Assembly: GCF_963921235.1 (NCBI RefSeq)
Contig: NC_086097.1
Coordinates: forward strand, 94,180,001 to 94,244,000
Length of the DNA stretch: 64,000 bases
Direction: 5' to 3'
DNA from: Mobula hypostoma
Lineage: Eukaryota
The notes below the pieces were generated by a model. That model was not told the DNA's origin, did not search any database, and worked only from the letters and a program-made list of their open reading frames with translations. This document shows positions 1-13,234 of this stretch, piece by piece (the stretch's first letter is position 1; each line of letters opens with the position of its first letter). The position numbers and the translations under genes were made by a program.

Positions 1-65
1 TGCTCAGAGTCATTTCAACCAAATTACAGCACAGGAGCCAAAGTAGGCCATCCAGCCCATCCAGT

Positions 66-1170
66 TAGGGTGTCACAGTAGTGCAGTGGTTAGTGCAATT
101 GGTTTAGAGCCCCAGTGATCAGCATTCGGGAATCCAATTCCCGCCACTGCCTGTAAGTGGACTAATCAAAATAAGACATACATGGTAAATGGTAGGGCAT
201 TGAAGAATGCAGTAGAACAGAGGGATCTAGGAATAATGGTGCATAGTTCCCTGAAGGTGGAATCTCATGTGGATAGGGTGGTGAAGAAAGCTTTTGGTAT
301 GCTAGCCTTTATAAATCAGAGCATTGAGTATAGGAGTTAGGATGTAATGTTAAAATTGTACAAGGCATTGGTAAGGCCAAATTTGGAGTATTGTGTACAG
401 TTCTGGTCACCGAATTATAGGAAGGAAGTCAACAAAATAGAGAGAGTACAGAGAAGATTTACTAGAATGTTGCCTGGGTTTCAGCACCTGAGTTACAGAG
501 AAAGGTTGAACAAGTTAGGTCTTTATTATTTGAAGCATAGAAGGTTGAGGGGGGACTCGATAGAGGTATTTAAAATTATGAGGGGGATAGATAGAGTTGA
601 CGTGGATAGGCTTTTTCCATTGAGAGTGGGGGAGATTCAAACAAGAGGACATGAGTTGAGAGTTAGGGGGCAAAAGTTTAGGGGTAACACGAGGGGGAAC
701 TTCTTAACTCAGAGAGTGGTGGCTGTGTGGAACGAGCTTCCAGTAGAAGTGGTAGAGGCAGGTTCGATATTGTCATTTAAAGAAAAATTGGATAGGTATA
801 TGGACAGGAAAGTAATGGAGGGTTATGGGCCAAGTGCAGGTCGGTGGGACTAGGTGAGAGTAAGAGTTCGGCACGGACTAGAAGGGCTGAGATGGCCTGT
901 TTCCGTGCTGTAATTGTTATATGGTTATAAAGATTGTACGTTCTGCTTGTGACCGTATGGGTTTCCTCTGGGTGCTCCAGTTTCCTGCACACTCCAAAGG
1001 CATACGGTCAGGGTCAGGGTTCATGAGTTGTGGACGTGCTGTACTGGGGCAAGAAGCGTGGTGACCCTTGCAGGCTGCCACCCAGCTCAGTCTTCACTGA
1101 TTTGATTTGATGCAAACAATGCAACTCACTGTGTGTTTCAATATACATTGACCAATAAAGCTCATTTTTA
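66..1170 (+). mobile_element. tRNA-derived V-SINE-like element split by a CR1 insertion
   Basis: tRNA-like head at 66-157; V-domain-like core (GGGTTTCCTCTGGGTGCTCCAGTTTCC) resumes at about 931. Confidence 0.6.
158..930 (+). mobile_element. CR1-clade LINE, 5'-truncated 3' end
   Basis: ORF 347-853 LYKALVRPNLEYCVQFWSP...RRLRGD is a typical CR1 ORF2 C-terminus; short tandem tail. Confidence 0.9.
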
Positions 1171-1461
1171 AAAAGATCTCATTCTGACCATTTATCTATC
1201 TTGCCTCCATATCCTGAAGCTCCTTATGTAATGTAAATCAATGGATTTTGATCTTAGGACCTCAAATTACTGCCTAGCATTTAAAACCCTTGGAGAAGAG
1301 GTTCATCTTTCAATAGACCAGGTGAAGGTGCTTTCTGATTGCTTGCCAATGTTTTAAGATTATTCACCATGCCTCTGAATTCTCCACCAGATGAAAGTCC
1401 TCCTTAATTTCTGCCCCACTGAATAATGTAATACTTTTAGCTCTCCAGCATGTTCAATCAG

Positions 1462-2052
1462 AACATAGAACACAGATGGTACAGCACAGGATCAGGCCCT
1501 ATGGCTCATTATGCTGTGCCAAACTAATTGAGCTTGTGACCCCTCACCCCTTCTGCCGGCACATGATCCATCTCCCTCCATTCTCTGCATAGTCATGTGG
1601 CAAAGAGCTTCTTAAATGCCTCTGTAGTGCCTGCCACCATCTCTACTCTCGATGGAGCATTCCAGAAACCCACCCGTCTCTGTGTTTAAAAAAAAACTTA
1701 CTTTCCCTGTGCACTTTCTCCTTCTCACCTTAAATGCATTCTTTCTAATACTAGATACTTCAATCAGTAGAAAACAAATGTTGTCTGTCTACTTTATCTA
1801 TGTCTCTCATGATTTTATAAAATTCTAGGTTTCCCCTGGGCCTCTGTTGCCCCTGAGAAAACAACCCAAGTTTGTCCAATCTCTCCTTATACCACATGCC
1901 CTCTATTCCAGACAGCATCCTGGTAAACCTCTTCTGCATCCTCTTCAAATCCTCCACATCCTTCCTGTAATGCCGTGACTAGAAATGAATGTAATACTTC
2001 AGATGCAGCCTAACCGGAGTTTTATAAAGCTGCAAGTTAACTTTCTGACTCA
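1462..2052 (-). mobile_element. CR1 LINE 3' fragment
   Basis: ORF 1760-1957 (-) QKRFTRML...ERLDKLGLFS. Confidence 0.8.
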
Positions 2053-3600
2053 ATGAGAGTTGAATGTCTACAAGGTGGCTTTTTAGAGCAGCTTGTGCTT
2101 GAGTCTACTTGGGGAAGGGCTCTCTTAGATTGGGTATTGTGTAATAACCCAGATTTTATTAGGGAGCTTAATGTAAAGGAACCCTTAGGATTCAATGATC
2201 ATAAAATGATTGAATTCTTACTGCAATTTAAAATGGAGAAGCATAACTCAATGGAATAAAGGGAATTACAGAGGCATGAGAGAGGAGCTTGCCTAGGTGA
2301 ATTGGAGGAGAATACTGGCAGGGATGACAGCAGAGCAGAGATGGCTCAAGTTGCTGGGAATAATTAACAAGGCGCAGGATAGATACGTCCCACAGAGGAA
2401 GAAGTTCTCAAATGGCAGGGGTAGGCAACCATGGCTGACAAGGGAAGTTAAAGACTGCATAAAAGCCAGGGAAAAGGCATATAAGGGGGTAGCAACAGTG
2501 AGTGGATGATTGTGAAGCTTTTAAAATCCAATAAAAGACAACTAAAAAAGTTATAAGAAGGAAAAAGATGAAATATGGGGGCAGACTTACCAATAATATA
2601 AAGCAGGGTACCAAAAGATTTTTCAGTTATATGAAGAGTAAAAAGGAGGTGGGAGCTGATACTGGACCACTGGAAAATGATGCTGGCGAGGTAGTCATGG
2701 GGGACAAAGAAATGGCAGATGTACTTAATGGGTACTCTACATCAGTCTTCACTGTGGAAGACACTGGCAGTGTGCCAGAGGTCTGTGAGTGTCAGGGAGC
2801 AGGAGTGAGTGCCATTGCTATTACAAAGGAAAAGTGCTCAGCAAACTCAAAGGTCTTAAGGTGGGCAAGTCACCTGGACCAGATGGACTACATCCCAGAG
2901 TCCTGAGAGAGATAACGGATGCATTGGTCATGATCTTTCAAGAATTACTTGATTCTGGCATAGTTCTGGAGGACTGGAAGATTGCAAATGTCACTCCACT
3001 CTTTAAGAAGGAAGGAAGGCAAAATAAAGGAAATTATAGGCCATTTAACCTAGCGTAAGTGGTTGGGAAAGTGTTGGAGTCTATTATTAAGGATGAGGTT
3101 ATGAGGTACTTGGAGACTAATGACAAAATAAAGTCAAAGTCAGCATGGCTTCCGTAAAAGGAAATATTGCCTGACAAATCTGTTAGAGTTCTTCAAGGAA
3201 GTAACAAGCAGAGTGGACAAAAGAGAGGCAGTGGATGTCATTTACTTGGATTTTCAGAAGATTTTGATAAGGTGCCAAACATGAGGATGCTTGATGAATT
3301 CCTATGGCATTACAGGAAAGATACTGGCATGGATAGAGGAATGGCTGACAGGCAGGAGGCAGCGAGTGGGAATAAAGGGGGCCTTTTCTGGTTGGCTGCC
3401 AGTGACTAATGGTGTTCTCAGGGGTCAGTGTTGGAACCGCTACTTTTCCCATCGTTTGCCAGTAATTTGGATAATGGAATTGATGGCTTTGTGGCAAAGT
3501 TTGTGGATGATATGAAGGTAGGTGGGGGAGTACTGAGGAAGCAATACAATTGCAGCAGGTCTTAGACAAATTGGAAGAATGGGCAAAAAGATGGCAGATG

Positions 3601-3773
3601 CAACACAAACATGAGGAATTCTGCAGATGCTGGAAATTCAAGCAACACACATCAAAGTTGCTGGTGAACGTAGCAGGCCAGGCAGCATCTCTAGGAAGAG
3701 GTACAGTTGACGTTTTGGGCTGAGACCCTTCATCAGGGCTAACTGAAGGAAGAGCTCTTTGATATGTGTTGTT
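3601..3773 (-). mobile_element. Penelope-like terminal repeat fragment with hammerhead motif
   Basis: Same repeat as the one following the GIY-YIG region at 62960-63020; interrupts CR1 with AGATG repeated on both sides. Confidence 0.7.
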
Positions 3774-4049
3774 AGATGGAATACAATGTTGGAAAATGTA
3801 TGATAATGCACTTTGATAAAAGGGACAATAGTGCCGACTATTATCTAAATGGGGAGAAAGTTCACACGTGAAAGGTGCAGAGGGACTTAGGAGTCCTTGT
3901 GCAAGACTCCCAGAAGGTTAATTTACAAGTTGAGTCTTTGGTAAAGAAGGCAAATGCAATGTTGGCATTATTTTAAGAGAAATAGAATATAAAAGCAAGG
4001 ATGTAATGCTGAGCCATTGAGACATTAGTCAGGTCACACTTGGAGTATT

Positions 4050-4363
4050 ATTCCCCCCCCCCGCTTTGTCTTTCTCCCTGGGCCTCCTGTCCCATGATCC
4101 TCTCATATCCCCTTTGCCAATCACCTGTCCAGCTCTTGGCTCCATCCCTCCCCCTGCTGTCTTCTCCTATCATTTTGGATCTCCCCCTCCCCCTCCCACT
4201 TCCAAATCTCTTACTAGCTCTTCCTTCAGTTAGTCCTGACAAAGGGTCTCGGCCTGAAATGTCGACTGTACCTCTTCCTAGAGATGCTGCTTGGCCTGCT
4301 GCGTTCACCAGCAACTTTGATGTGTATTGCTTGAATTTCCAGCATCTGCAGAATTCCTGTTGT
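4050..4363 (+). mobile_element. Penelope-like terminal repeat insertion with hammerhead motif
   Basis: Flanked by 10-bp direct repeat TTGGAGTATT (4040-4049, 4364-4373); pyrimidine-rich stretch then AGTCCTGACAAAGGGTCTCGGCCTGAAATGTCGACT. Confidence 0.75.
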
Positions 4364-4914
4364 TTGGAGTATTGTCAACAGTTTTGGGTCCCATTTCTCA
4401 GAAAGGATGTGTTGTCATTGGAGAGAGTCCAGAGGAGCTTTATGAGGATGATTCCGGGAATGAAGGGGTTAACATATGAGGAACATTTGGCAGCTTTGGG
4501 CCTGTACTCACTGGAATTTAGAAGAATGTGGGGGGGTGGCGGGGTTGTTTTGCAAAGACTGGATTAGGTGGATGTGGAGAGGATGTGTCCTATGGTGGGG
4601 TATCGGGAACTGGAGGTTCCAGCCTCAAAATTGAGGGGTGACCCTTTAGAACAGAGATAAAGAGGAATTCTTTTTAGCTGGATAGTGGTGAATCTGGAAT
4701 GCTCTGCCACAGACTGCGGTGGAGGCCAAGTCAGTGGGTATGTTTAAGACGGGAGTTGATAGTTTCTTGATCGGTCACATCAAAGGATATGGCGAGAAGG
4801 CAGGTATATGGGGCTGAGTGGGATCCATGGAATGGCGGAGCAGACTCGATGGGCTGAATGGCCTAATTGTGCTCCTATGTCTTACAGTCTTGTGGCCTTA
4901 TGGAGACTGCAAGG

Positions 4915-5440
4915 CATAGGAACAGAATTAGGCCGTTCAGCTCATCAAGTCCGCTCTGCCATTTGATCATGTCTAATTTATTTTCCCTCTCAACCCCATT
5001 CTTCTACCTTCTGCCTGTAACCTTTGATGCCATTACTAATCGAGAGCCTATCAACCTCTGCTTTATTTCTTCTCCCAAAGTGGAAGACCATACACTTCCA
5101 GACACTGTATTCCCTCTGTCACTTCTTCACCTATTCTCTTAATCTATCCAAGCACTTCTGCAGACTCCCTGTTTCCTTAGTGGTACCTACCTCTCCACCT
5201 TTCGCTGTATCATCCACAAACTTGGCCACAAAACCATCATTCTGTCATCCAGATCACTCACGTATAACATGAAAGGTAGGGGACCCAACACTGAACCCTG
5301 AGGAACATCACTAGTCACTGGCAGCTAATCAGAAAATGCCCCCTTTATTCCCACTCTTGGCCTTCTGCCGGTCAGCCAATCTCCTGCCTGTGATAGTTTT
5401 ATTCCTGTAGTACCATGGGCTCATACTTTGTGCAGCACCC
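4915..5440 (-). mobile_element. CR1 LINE fragments
   Basis: Reverse complement carries VPQGSVLGP and the CR1 3' UTR. Confidence 0.65.
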
Positions 5441-6885
5441 TAAACCACCCTATTGACTTGTGAAGCCATAAACACTTCACTTCCATTGTTCTAAATCACA
5501 GTCCTGAAAGGTCTTGAATCAGTGAATGTGCGTAGAATGTTTTCATGAGTGAGTGAATCTACAAACGTAGAAGCAGTGGTCACTGTTTGGAATCTTTGAA
5601 TATGTTTCCTGGAAAGCAAGGGAAGTGAAGGACCAGGCAGTAATATGGGATTGAGGTTACAATCAGATTAGCAAGCCCTTCTTAAATAGTAGAGCAGGTT
5701 CAAGGGGGAGCTTATGCCAACTATTTCATGTTACTGAGTGCCCTTGAGATTAATTCCAATATAGAAAATAAAACATAAAATTGAATAACACAGGAAGATG
5801 CCCTTTGGCCAATAATGTCTGTGCGAACCCTATTACCAATTTCACCTACTCCCATCTCCCTGCACATGGTCCATATCCTTCTTCTCCCTACTTGTTCATG
5901 TTCCTGTCCAAATATTGCCATCATTTCGGCTTCCACCGCCACCCCTAGCAGCACATTCCAGGCACCCTTCACTCTCTGTGTAAAATATTTACTTCATAAA
6001 TTACCACTTTGATTACACTTTGGACCTATAGGTTAGGATTTAACGACACCTAAGCCTCTTTGCTCCACAGTTCTTCGTTCCTCACTTCTAAAGAATTTTT
6101 GATTCACGTTGCTTGGATTTGTCACAGATGAACTCGAGAACCAAAATTAATTTTTTTCGGAGGCATCAAACTAGCATTTATTTCTTAAGGAAGTGTGCAT
6201 GTAAATCAGGCCCTAAAGATTATTTTGGTGCCTGGGTGAAAAGAACACGCACAGTGGAGTGGGTGTGTTAAACACACATATACATGCTTTCTGACTGCAA
6301 TTTTTATCCATCCTTTGTACCTCTTCCATTTTGTGAGATGTAAATCCAGCCCCTATCTCAAAACTGGTGACGTGATCCACCTCCGCTGACTGTGTCACAG
6401 CCTGTTCCACACTTTTGCTTCCCTCTGTGTGAAATACAAAAAGCAGAACCCATCTGTTCGCCTTGTTAATCATATTGTTAAAGAGCACAAGCTGGAATAG
6501 CCAATAGCTATTGTGTTAAAGCAGTGTGCTGCGGAATTTTAATCTGTTTGAGAGCCACTGACCCTGGTGTTGTTGGAGCCAATGTGATTGGTCAAGGTGC
6601 AGTAAGATTACACAACATTCAAGGCCATAATAACCCATTCACATATAGTGACCAGTTTCACTGAGGTTATTGTAACTTTGATTTATTGAAGAGTCTAACT
6701 ATAGAATGTAGTGAATTGGATTTTTAAAACTTGTTACTGAGTTAATCAGCTTGTGAAAACTACTCATAGTTCACAAGACAAAAATAATGCTTCCTTTCGC
6801 ACTTCCTCATTCATCCCAGTTAGGTACAATGCTAGGTTGCCTTCTTCAGCCCTGCACCCAGTAATTCTCTGTTCTCTGAATGCAG

Positions 6886-6981
6886 TTGACACTTTGGAAA
6901 TTAGTGATGCTTTGAAGCAGAAGCTGGAAGACATCTTCATCCACGAGAAGCGCCTTGAACTGGGTCGGACGCTGGGAAGAG
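6886..6981 (+). CDS. TYRO3: TAM receptor tyrosine kinase (TYRO3-like) coding exon: juxtamembrane to start of kinase Gly-loop
   Basis: tgcag|TT GAC...AGA G|gtcagt; 96 bp, phase 1-1; translates (L)DTLEISDALKQKLEDIFIHEKRLELGRTLGR(G), resembling TYRO3 LDSLGISDELKEKLEDV...LGRMLGKG. Confidence 0.9.
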
Positions 6982-8351
6982 GTCAGTCAATCAGCAGGTC
7001 TGATAGTCATTTACCCTCCTGAGTGTACGTGGCTGTTCTTGCTTTACTGCTATCCATTGGTCGGTGGGAGAGGAGACCCAGGTCTCCGGCTGATGCTTCC
7101 TTTAATTTCTCCTTGAAGACATTGACTGACACAGAATATACAACAGGACAATGTGAAACGGTGTGGACGGTGCTAGTTGCTAAGCCAGGAAGTGGACTGA
7201 TCTGAGACCCACTGTAAAATCACTAGGAATTGCTGGTACACCATCATGGTGGTACTGAAGTCAGTCTTGACTATACATCCAGTGCCCACAGAAGCTAGTT
7301 GGTTAACAAGTAATTGGAAGAAAATATTAATCACATGAGCAGTCCCTCACTTGCAGTGGAGTATAACGTGAAACCAAAACAAAATATTCTAAAAATGCTC
7401 AGCAGGTCAGGAAGCGTCTGTGGAAGGAGAAACAGAGTATTTACATCAGACTGAAAACCCTTCTTTTGAAATGATAAACCAGTTTCTCTCTCCATTGGTG
7501 ATACTTGACTGCTGAGTGCTTCCATGACTTTTTGTTTTTCTTTCAGACTTCCATAATCTGTTTTTATTAAATCTAAATTTAATATTGTTCAGCTGCTTTC
7601 TTTGGTCTTTGCCTTCTTTGCATGATGCACTGTGCTCGGTAAATCTATGCTTTACCTTAATGCAGTTGGCACTGGGAAAGAGCAAAGCTTTGCAATAGAT
7701 GCTGGACTTTCTGAGTCAGACAGTTGTGTGTGCAGGTCCCACTGCAGAGGCTCGAGCAGATAATGTAGCACTGGTGGGATGGCACTGCAGACAAACAGCG
7801 TTGGCTAAATTGTCTCCTCTTTTGCCAGAGTAATCCTGCCTCACTACAGCACAGTCAGCTAGTGCTCTGCTGTTTTTGACGTACTGTTTGGGCTCTCCTG
7901 TAAATAAAATAAATATTTCTCATTCATAGTGACACAGCAATTTCCTCAGCCCTTGCCAATATTTATCCCAAGAACCTGAATATAATCTTACTGCTGCTTA
8001 TGGTCGAAACTGGCTACAAGTAACGTGACCACATTGCACTGGGTGCAGAATGCATTGACTTGGCCTGGAGCCACAAGAGGCACTCTAACCCCAGTGAATC
8101 TCCACTGCACCCTCTCCAGCACTATGGCAAACTGAAGTGCACACAGTCGCCCAGCTGTGGCCTAACCAACGTTTGGTACAATTGTAGCATAACTTCCTGC
8201 TCCTTGGGCCTGTAGGTGGTCCAGTACAGATCACTGTGCCAACTTCAGTGTGCCTAGACCCCCTGAAAAATCAGCTAAGGCTCCCATCGGTGGGAATATC
8301 GATGACACCATTCTCTGCTTTGCCAACAATTGGTTCCATTTTAATTTCCAG

Positions 8352-8432
8352 GAGAGTTTGGCTCGGTGAAGGAGGCGTACTTGAAGATGGAGGATGGGTC
8401 CACTCAAAAGTTGGCCGTGAAAATGCTGAAAA
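8352..8432 (+). CDS. TYRO3: TYRO3-like exon: Gly-loop and catalytic Lys
   Basis: ttccag|GA GAG...AAA A|gtgagt; 81 bp; (G)EFGSVKEAYLKMEDGSTQKLAVKMLK. Confidence 0.93.
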
Positions 8433-8639
8433 GTGAGTGGGGCGATGGGATCAGGCTTACGTGGGGGCGTGACCTCAGGGATTCTCCTCACAACGCGATT
8501 GCTCGAGCTGTATGGATGTGAGTGAGCTCCAACTGAGAGACCTCACCTCATGTCACTTTACTTCAAAGGTGAGATGGGAGGAGGCCATTTGGCCCCTTTG
8601 AGGCTGCTTTCTCTGTTTCACATCCCATTCGCCCTGCCA

Positions 8640-9205
8640 GTAGGATTTTCACCTCTAACTCTCTCTCCCAGGAATCTCAACTCCATTTCTCTCCTAGTAG
8701 GATTCTCACTTCCCGTTCCCCCTTTCAGCAGGATTCTCACCTTGGATTCTCTCTCCTAGGCGGATTCTCCCCTTTCATTCTCACTTCCAGCAGGATTCTC
8801 ACATCCCATTCTCCTCCAGCAGGATTCTCTCATCCCATTCCCCCTCCAGCAGGATTCTCACATCCCATTCTCCTCCAGCAGAATTCTCACATCCCATTCC
8901 CCCTCCAGCAGGATTCTCACATCCCATTCCCCTCCAGCAGGATTCTCACATCCCATTCCCCTTCCAGCAGGATTCTCACATCCCATTCCCCCTCCAGTAG
9001 GACTCTCACATCCCATTCCCCCTCCAGCAGGATTCTCACATCCCATTTCCTTCTAGTAGCATTCTCACATCCCATTCCCCTCTAGCAAAATTCTCACATC
9101 CCATTCCCTCTAGAGGAACTCACATGTCATTCCCTCTAGCAGGATTCTCACATCCCATTCCCCTCCAGCAGGATTGTCACATCACATTCCCCTCCAGCAG
9201 GATTC
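8640..9205. repeat. Minisatellite, about 30-bp unit CAGGATTCTCACATCCCATTCCCCCTCCAG
   Basis: Direct tandem copies, most regular at 8790-9205. Confidence 0.9.
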
Positions 9206-9399
9206 AGAGAGCTGAAATTTTTTGTCAAATGTCCCCACCATTTCCTCTCTTGCCTCCCAGAGCAGTTTAAAATATGTCTCCAGCTACAAAGAGATCCTTC
9301 ATAGTGAAGACAGTGGGGAATTATTCATTTGAGATCTCATCTAAGGCTTCTGGCTCCATGCACTGATTGTCCCTTTGATCCCTAATGGGTCTACTCTTT

Positions 9400-10340
9400 T
9401 ACTTATAAAACACTTTGAGATTTCCTTTAATCTTTCCCACTCATGTAAATTCACACCCCCTTTGCTATTTCTTATTAAATTCACCCCCTTTCACTTTGCA
9501 TCCTCCAGTACAGCCCCTCCTGTTCGCAGATCCCTACTACTGTCCTATGCAAGCTTCCCTTACCTTTAACCTGACATGAATATTCCTTGGCATTGTTGGC
9601 CTTTCCTTTCATCTTTAAGGTCCTGAACTTTCAGCATTTCACTTTTGAGTGCTTCTCGCCGATTGCTTGTAGACTTGCCTAGAAGTAACTGCCCCAGTTC
9701 ACTTTTGCTAGCTGCTGTATCATCATATTAAATTTGGTCTTTCCCCAATTTTGGACCTTAGTGTTCTGGGCCATCTTTGTCTTTCTCCATAATTGCCTTG
9801 AAACTTTGAGTTATGGTCACTATCTCCAAAATGTCTCCCACTGATTATGTCCAGTACTCCCCCATATCAGCTCAGGAAGCTCTACTGGACACACTTTAGG
9901 AACTGCCCACTCCATATAATCCCTGTTAATATGGGGAAGCTGAAATCCCCCACTACAATTATCCTATTATTTTTACATCATTCTGTGGTTTGCCTACATA
10001 TCTTTCTTTTTTCTTCGCCCTACTGCCACGATTCCTATGGTATATCCCCAACAAAATGATTGCCCACCAAGCTCCACCAATATGAAGAACTTCTTGCAGT
10101 AATGGACTCTTTAATATTGCAATTCCACCTCCTTGTTTACATCCCCTCCCCTCTGCTAAACCTGAAAGCTCCATTCCCTGTAATATTGAGTTAATAGTCA
10201 TGACCAAATTTCAAACATCTCTCCATGATAGAAGCAACATTATAGTCCCACGTGCTAATCTATGCTAATCTCAGATCCTCGGCCTTATTTGTCAGACTCC
10301 TTGTTTTAAAATAGATGCAGTCCAGCCTTGCATTCCTGTC
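9400..10340 (-). mobile_element. Old CR1 LINE fragment (endonuclease region)
   Basis: Minus-strand remnants GGGIAIL, VGDFSFP, GDSDHNS. Confidence 0.55.
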
Positions 10341-11301
10341 ATATTCTTATCATCTAGGTACCCACTGGATTGAGTTAGTTTTACCTCTAATTTTGTCTGT
10401 ATTCTAACTCTGTGTCCCTTCTCCTTTCAAACTAACTTAAACCTTCCCAAACACTGGCAAAACCCTCTTCCTGAACAAACATGTTGGACTGTTTGTGGTT
10501 CACGTGAAGGACCCATTGTGATTACAGCCTTTGAGATTATTCTTTTTTAATCTGTGATCTAGTTATCTGTGTTATCCTTTCAGAGGACGTGACCCGGGCC
10601 CAGCACATAAAGTGCAATTACGAAGAAAGCACAGCAGTGCCTCTACTTCCTTCAGACTGCAAATATTCAGCATGACGTCTAAAGCTTCTATATATGCCAA
10701 ACTTTTATAAATACGTGGTTGAGAATGTTATGTTTTGTAACTCCAAAACATTAGACTAATTAAAAGGAAAACAAGAGAGCTGGAAATGCAAATCCAACTT
10801 CAGTTTTTACTTGAATCGAGGCATTCACGTATGATGTGGTAGCATCATGACGCGTGCAATTCACTTATTTTTACATATAAACCATAATGAATTATTGAAA
10901 TGAACAAGAATACTTAATCAAACAATATGTTTACAAGATTACTCAAATATTACTGAAGTATTAAGTACACAACACTCCTCTCTGCTTTGCTATAAACTCC
11001 AACTCAATATAGAATGTATCTCAACTATATACACAGCATACTATATAATATAATTACTATATAGACATCCACAGCATAGTAAGTTTTAAATTGTCCCATT
11101 CAGACCTAAAGATTTAATTGCTGTGGAGGATTTCTTATTCCTGTGGGATATTCTTATTCCTTCCTGACAAGGAAAGGTCACTCTGCTTGGCAGGAGAGAC
11201 TTGGGACTATGAAACAATCAGAGGCAGTGGGGCCTCCTCCGTGGTGGTTGTAGGAGTTGACTCTGAGACTGCAGAAAGTGATCCTGACAGCTCAGGACAC
11301 C

Positions 11302-11841
11302 TTTCTTCTCCTTCCTTTTTCTTCTAGTTTGTTCATCTTGATCTTGAGAAGGTGCATTTAGTTCACTAGAACATTCTCTTACTAATCCTTCTCCTTTTAC
11401 AATCTGATCTCTCCTCTTGGTTTTCTCATGCACAACATCATCTGACGAATCCTCTGTTTTTGTATCTCCGTTGACTCCTTTCATTTTGGTCTTCCATTTA
11501 TCCAGCTGGGCTTTGGTCTTTGCATCTACTTTGACAAGCAGCTTTTTGTCTCTCACTTGAAGTTCATGCAATAACCTTAATGCACACAGAGTCGATTGTG
11601 GTTCTTTGTATTCACAAAAGCTGAATGCTTGCAACTTTCCTGAAGGTCCTTGACCTCTCTTCCAGTTTAAAACCAAGCCACATATTGCAAGTAGCTGCCT
11701 GATTAACATATTAAAAGCTTTCTCAGATATGTTGCCTACAAAACTTTTGCAGTTGGACCACTGCTTTCGTTGCTTTCCCGCTTCCTCTGAGTAGCATGGT
11801 CCTTCCGTGCCAACCAGAGGCACAGAGGTTGGCACCAACAC
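11302..11841 (-). pseudogene. RBM25: Processed, intronless RBM25 fragment (RRM domain) inside the LTR element
   Basis: FVGNISEKAFNMLIRQLLAICGLVLNWKRGQGPSGKLQAFSFCEYKEPQSTLCALRLLHELQVRDKKLLVKVDAKTKAQLDKWK...SSELNAPSQ...RKEKK matches the RBM25 RRM; ARKDH lies in another frame (compensating frameshifts). Confidence 0.88.
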
Positions 11842-13234
11842 CTGTTTGCCCTCTGTTGGGTAAATAGTTTATGCATACAGCATGGAGACAGTTGTGGTAT
11901 CACTCAGTACCTCTCTTCATTTGCTTTCAGATGGCTTCATTGCAGGGGATGTGGCATGCAATTGGTGAATGGATCTCCCAATCACTTTGTAGTTGTCTCA
12001 GCCAATCACAACCCATAATGCTGGTCCTTCTGTTTTTGCCACATACAAGCCCAAATTGGCTTGTTGATTGTTGTGTTTCACTGTTATGAATGTCATTCCC
12101 TCAGGAGTTAGGTTTTCTCCAGTTTGTTCTTCAGGCTTCAGGCTTCAGTTCACTATCTTTGAAATGCCAGTCAAACTCATTTTGTGGAATGACTGAAGCA
12201 GCCAAGCCAGTGTCCAATTCCATTTTAATCAATTTGCCATTCACTACTGCTGTAAGCCATATTGCTTGTCTAATGTTAGTTTCCACATTGTAAATCTCGA
12301 AGCTACCCAGCCCTGTGTCACTCTCATCGCTGTTAGAGTTTTCATCAACAGCATGCAGATTACTGCAACCTGACTTTTTAGATTTTTCTCTTCCCTGTGC
12401 AGTCCATTTAATTTTGTCTGCCTGACGTGCTCTTTGTATCCTAGTTTGTTACATTTTCTGCAAGTTTAGCCTTTAAACCTGCATTGGTCTGGTGTATATG
12501 AGCCTCAGCTACAACAATAACACAATTTGTTCTGTCAGGTAAGCCTCCATCTAGATGTATGAGTTTTGTTCACGCTGACTTTCATTCCTAACTGCAACTT
12601 AATTGCATCTCTGTCAGCTGTTTTTAAATGCTTTCTTGTAAGATTCCACAAACTAAATGATCTCTCAGTGGATCATTAAGCCCATCATTTAACTGATAAT
12701 GCTCAGACAACTTGTTCAATTCATCCATGTATGCTGAAATGGACTCCCCTTCTTTTTGATTCCACTTATGAAACCTAAAGCGTTCCGCAATCAGTAATAG
12801 TTTTGATTCTAAATGTTCCTGCATTACTTTCACAATACCAGCAAAGCTCATTTCAGCTGGTTTGGTTGGTTGGAGCTGTCAAACTCCTAAGCAAATTATA
12901 TGCATTTAAACCCAATGCACTCAGCAAAATTGGTACTTGGTTCTCATTAGCTATTTCATTTGCTTTAAAACACTACACAGTCCATTCAATATATAAAATC
13001 CAGTTATCTGTTGTGGAATCAAACACATCAATCTCTTGCTGCACTTCAACAGGTCTTGGATTCGTTTTAAAAATACCTTGTTACCGCTGTTAGGTTTTGT
13101 AACTCCAAAACATTAAACTAATTAAATAAAAGACAAGAGAGCGGAGAAAGCAAATCTAACTTCAGTTTTTACTTTAATGGAGGTGTGGTAGCATTGTGAC
13201 ATATGCAATTCACTTATTTTTACACATAATCATA

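Larger units (their letters stand above)
2053..4900 (+). mobile_element. Degraded CR1 LINE (EN end, RT, 3' end) with two Penelope-repeat insertions
   Basis: Broken ORFs: KSPGPDGLHPRVL, WKIANVTPLFKK, GNYRP, WIEEWLTGRRQRV, ERVQRSF. Confidence 0.9.

Noticed and set aside
11218..11841. Functional RBM25 gene
   Set aside because: Partial, intronless, frameshifted relative to RBM25, no ATG start, embedded between LTRs
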